A stretch of DNA of 64,000 bases from an uncultured Nitrososphaeraceae archaeon (GTDB taxonomy: Archaea > Thermoproteota > Nitrososphaeria > Nitrososphaerales > Nitrososphaeraceae), in NCBI GenBank assembly GCA_963837175.1, contig CAWIMJ010000016.1, positions 32,001-96,000 on the forward strand, written 5' to 3'. This document shows, one piece after another, positions 62,548 to 64,000 of this stretch. Made by a program: the position numbers and the translations under genes. The notes under the pieces are model-generated. The model made no database searches and was not told where the DNA came from. It was given only the letters and a program-made list of their open reading frames with translations. Every line of letters begins with the position of its first letter. Position 1 is the stretch's first letter.

Positions 62548-63186
62548 TTAAATCTTCTTCTTCTCCAACACAGCCTTCACTTTTTTGAGTCTTACGAATT
62601 CTTCTCGTTCTCTTTCCTCCAAGGTTGCTTTTATAAAGTAAATTGCATCTTGATATTGAGGAATGATGACAAATTCTAATGCATTTATTAGTTTTTGTGT
62701 TCTTTCAAGCTCTTTAGCTAAACTGAAGATCGCATTTTCATATTCTGCTGCCTTACATATTCCTGGCAACGCATCCTTTATCAGTTTGGCGGCCTTATCT
62801 ACGTAGGCATTTGTGTCGGCAAAACCATATGCTATTGTTTGTGCCCCTTCTTTCGCTGTTACCTGAAGAGTAGGTACTTTAACATCAACAATTCTCCGGA
62901 CATTGACATCAACTTCCATTGTACCTGGTGTGGAGGTTGCAATGGATTCGATAGTTGATGTACCTAGTGAAAGATATGCATCATAGACTGATTTGTAAAT
63001 CTCTTCCAATGGTAGCCAAATATCTTCTCTTGCTTTGTTTGCCTCCTCAATCATTTCATCTATTTTCTTTAACAATACTTCCCGCTTATCGTCGAGAATT
63101 TTGTGAACCATCTTTGCGACTTGCATTGATCGCCGTATCTTAATCCATTCAATTTTGGTCGCTATAGCTTTTTTGCCAAATGACAT
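62548..63186 (-). CDS. atpD: A-type ATP synthase subunit D
   Basis: LDDKREVL, INALEFVIIP, LEEREREEFVRLK. Confidence 0.95.
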   Translation of the reverse strand: MSFGKKAIATKIEWIKIRRSMQVAKMVHKILDDKREVLLKKIDEMIEEANKAREDIWLPLEEIYKSVYDAYLSLGTSTIESIATSTPGTMEVDVNVRRIVDVKVPTLQVTAKEGAQTIAYGFADTNAYVDKAAKLIKDALPGICKAAEYENAIFSLAKELERTQKLINALEFVIIPQYQDAIYFIKATLEEREREEFVRLKKVKAVLEKKKI

Positions 63187-63195
63187 AGATTACTA

Positions 63196-64000
63196 TTACA
63201 CTCCTCCAGTCCCTTTATAGAACCGTCGGACATTCTTATCCTTGATCTTAGTGAGTTCTCCTTCCGGAAGCGTTGACAAGACATCCCATGCCTTGCCAAG
63301 CGTTTCCTCAAGATTTCTGTTCTCATCTGCACTTTGCTTTAGAAATTGATTTTCAAACATATCACCTACATCTAGATATTTCAGGTCAACACCAGTTAAT
63401 CCTGCCCTACCAACAATTTCTGCAAGTGCTCTTACCTCTTGTGCCCTAGAATAAGCATCATAAAGCTGATTTCCTACTTCCATGTGATCCTCTCTAGTTT
63501 TTCCTTCACCTACTCCATCTTTCATTAATCTTGAAAGAGACATCAGCACGTTGACTGGCGGATAGATACCTTTCCTGAATAAATCTCGGCCCAGCACGAT
63601 CTGACCCTCAGTAATGTAGCCTGTAAGATCAGGAATAGGATGGGTTATATCATCTGCTGGCATGGATAAGATGGGTACTTGTGTTACACTGCCATTTTTT
63701 CCTTTAATTCTTCCTGCACGCTCATAATTATTTGCCAGATCAGTATATAAGTATCCAGGATAACCCTTCCTACCAGGTACTTCTTCCCTTGCTGCACTAA
63801 TCTCCCTAAGCGCTTCTGCATAGTTAGTCATATCAGTAAGAATTGCCAATACATGCATACCCAGATCAAATGCTAGATATTCTGCAACAGTCAATGCGAC
63901 TCTTGGAGTTATGATTCTTTCAATGGCTGGATCGTCTGCCAAGTTTAGAAAGAGTACACTTCGTCTAAGCGCTCCAGATTCCTCTAAACTACGTTTAAAA
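63196..64000 (-). CDS. atpB: A-type ATP synthase subunit B (5' part outside window)
   Basis: [41 protein letters not shown]. Confidence 0.96.
   Translation of the reverse strand, partial: FKRSLEESGALRRSVLFLNLADDPAIERIITPRVALTVAEYLAFDLGMHVLAILTDMTNYAEALREISAAREEVPGRKGYPGYLYTDLANNYERAGRIKGKNGSVTQVPILSMPADDITHPIPDLTGYITEGQIVLGRDLFRKGIYPPVNVLMSLSRLMKDGVGEGKTREDHMEVGNQLYDAYSRAQEVRALAEIVGRAGLTGVDLKYLDVGDMFENQFLKQSADENRNLEETLGKAWDVLSTLPEGELTKIKDKNVRRFYKGTGGV

Noticed and set aside
3140-63143. Many antisense or alternate-frame ORFs (e.g. 3140-3679, 19389-19925, 42084-42545, 49584-50045)
   Set aside because: Shadows of well-supported genes with no independent motifs
1-64000. CRISPR array, rRNA or intact IS transposase
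   Set aside because: No regularly spaced identical repeats, rRNA-like tract or transposase motifs seen; repeats A and B are long, divergent and separated by genes

Overview
AT-rich archaeal DNA, most likely from an ammonia-oxidising archaeon of Nitrososphaeraceae type (inferred from gene content, nuoABCDHIJKMLN order, A-type ATPase and the rpoN-eno-rps2-mvk-ipk-fni-gltX superoperon). Positions 1-20.25 kb are an accessory island abutting the 3' end of a tRNA-Ile2(CAT). It is a mosaic of cargo genes and relics the ORF track mostly misses: two tyrosine-recombinase pseudogenes in the same tRNA-end/integrase geometry, ATPase and nuclease halves of terminase-large-subunit-like genes, a PolB exonuclease fragment and a Gly-repeat fibre-like protein. 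It also holds two families of structured non-coding repeats with C/D-box or k-turn-like motifs, one starting at the palindrome TTGGGCCCAA found at the tRNA end. Positions 20.3-64 kb are mostly core genome: 4 tRNAs in total (one with a 15/16 intron), complex I, geranylgeranyl reductase, TldD/E, the isoprenoid operon, FNR, a probable GDGT ring synthase, a UbiC/UbiA/UbiE-like cluster with a kinase, pyrI and atpK/D/B. Every single-lesion frameshift in otherwise intact genes is one extra G/C at a GCWGC or GTAC motif, which suggests a methylation-linked sequencing artefact. All calls come from manual reading; no searches were run.
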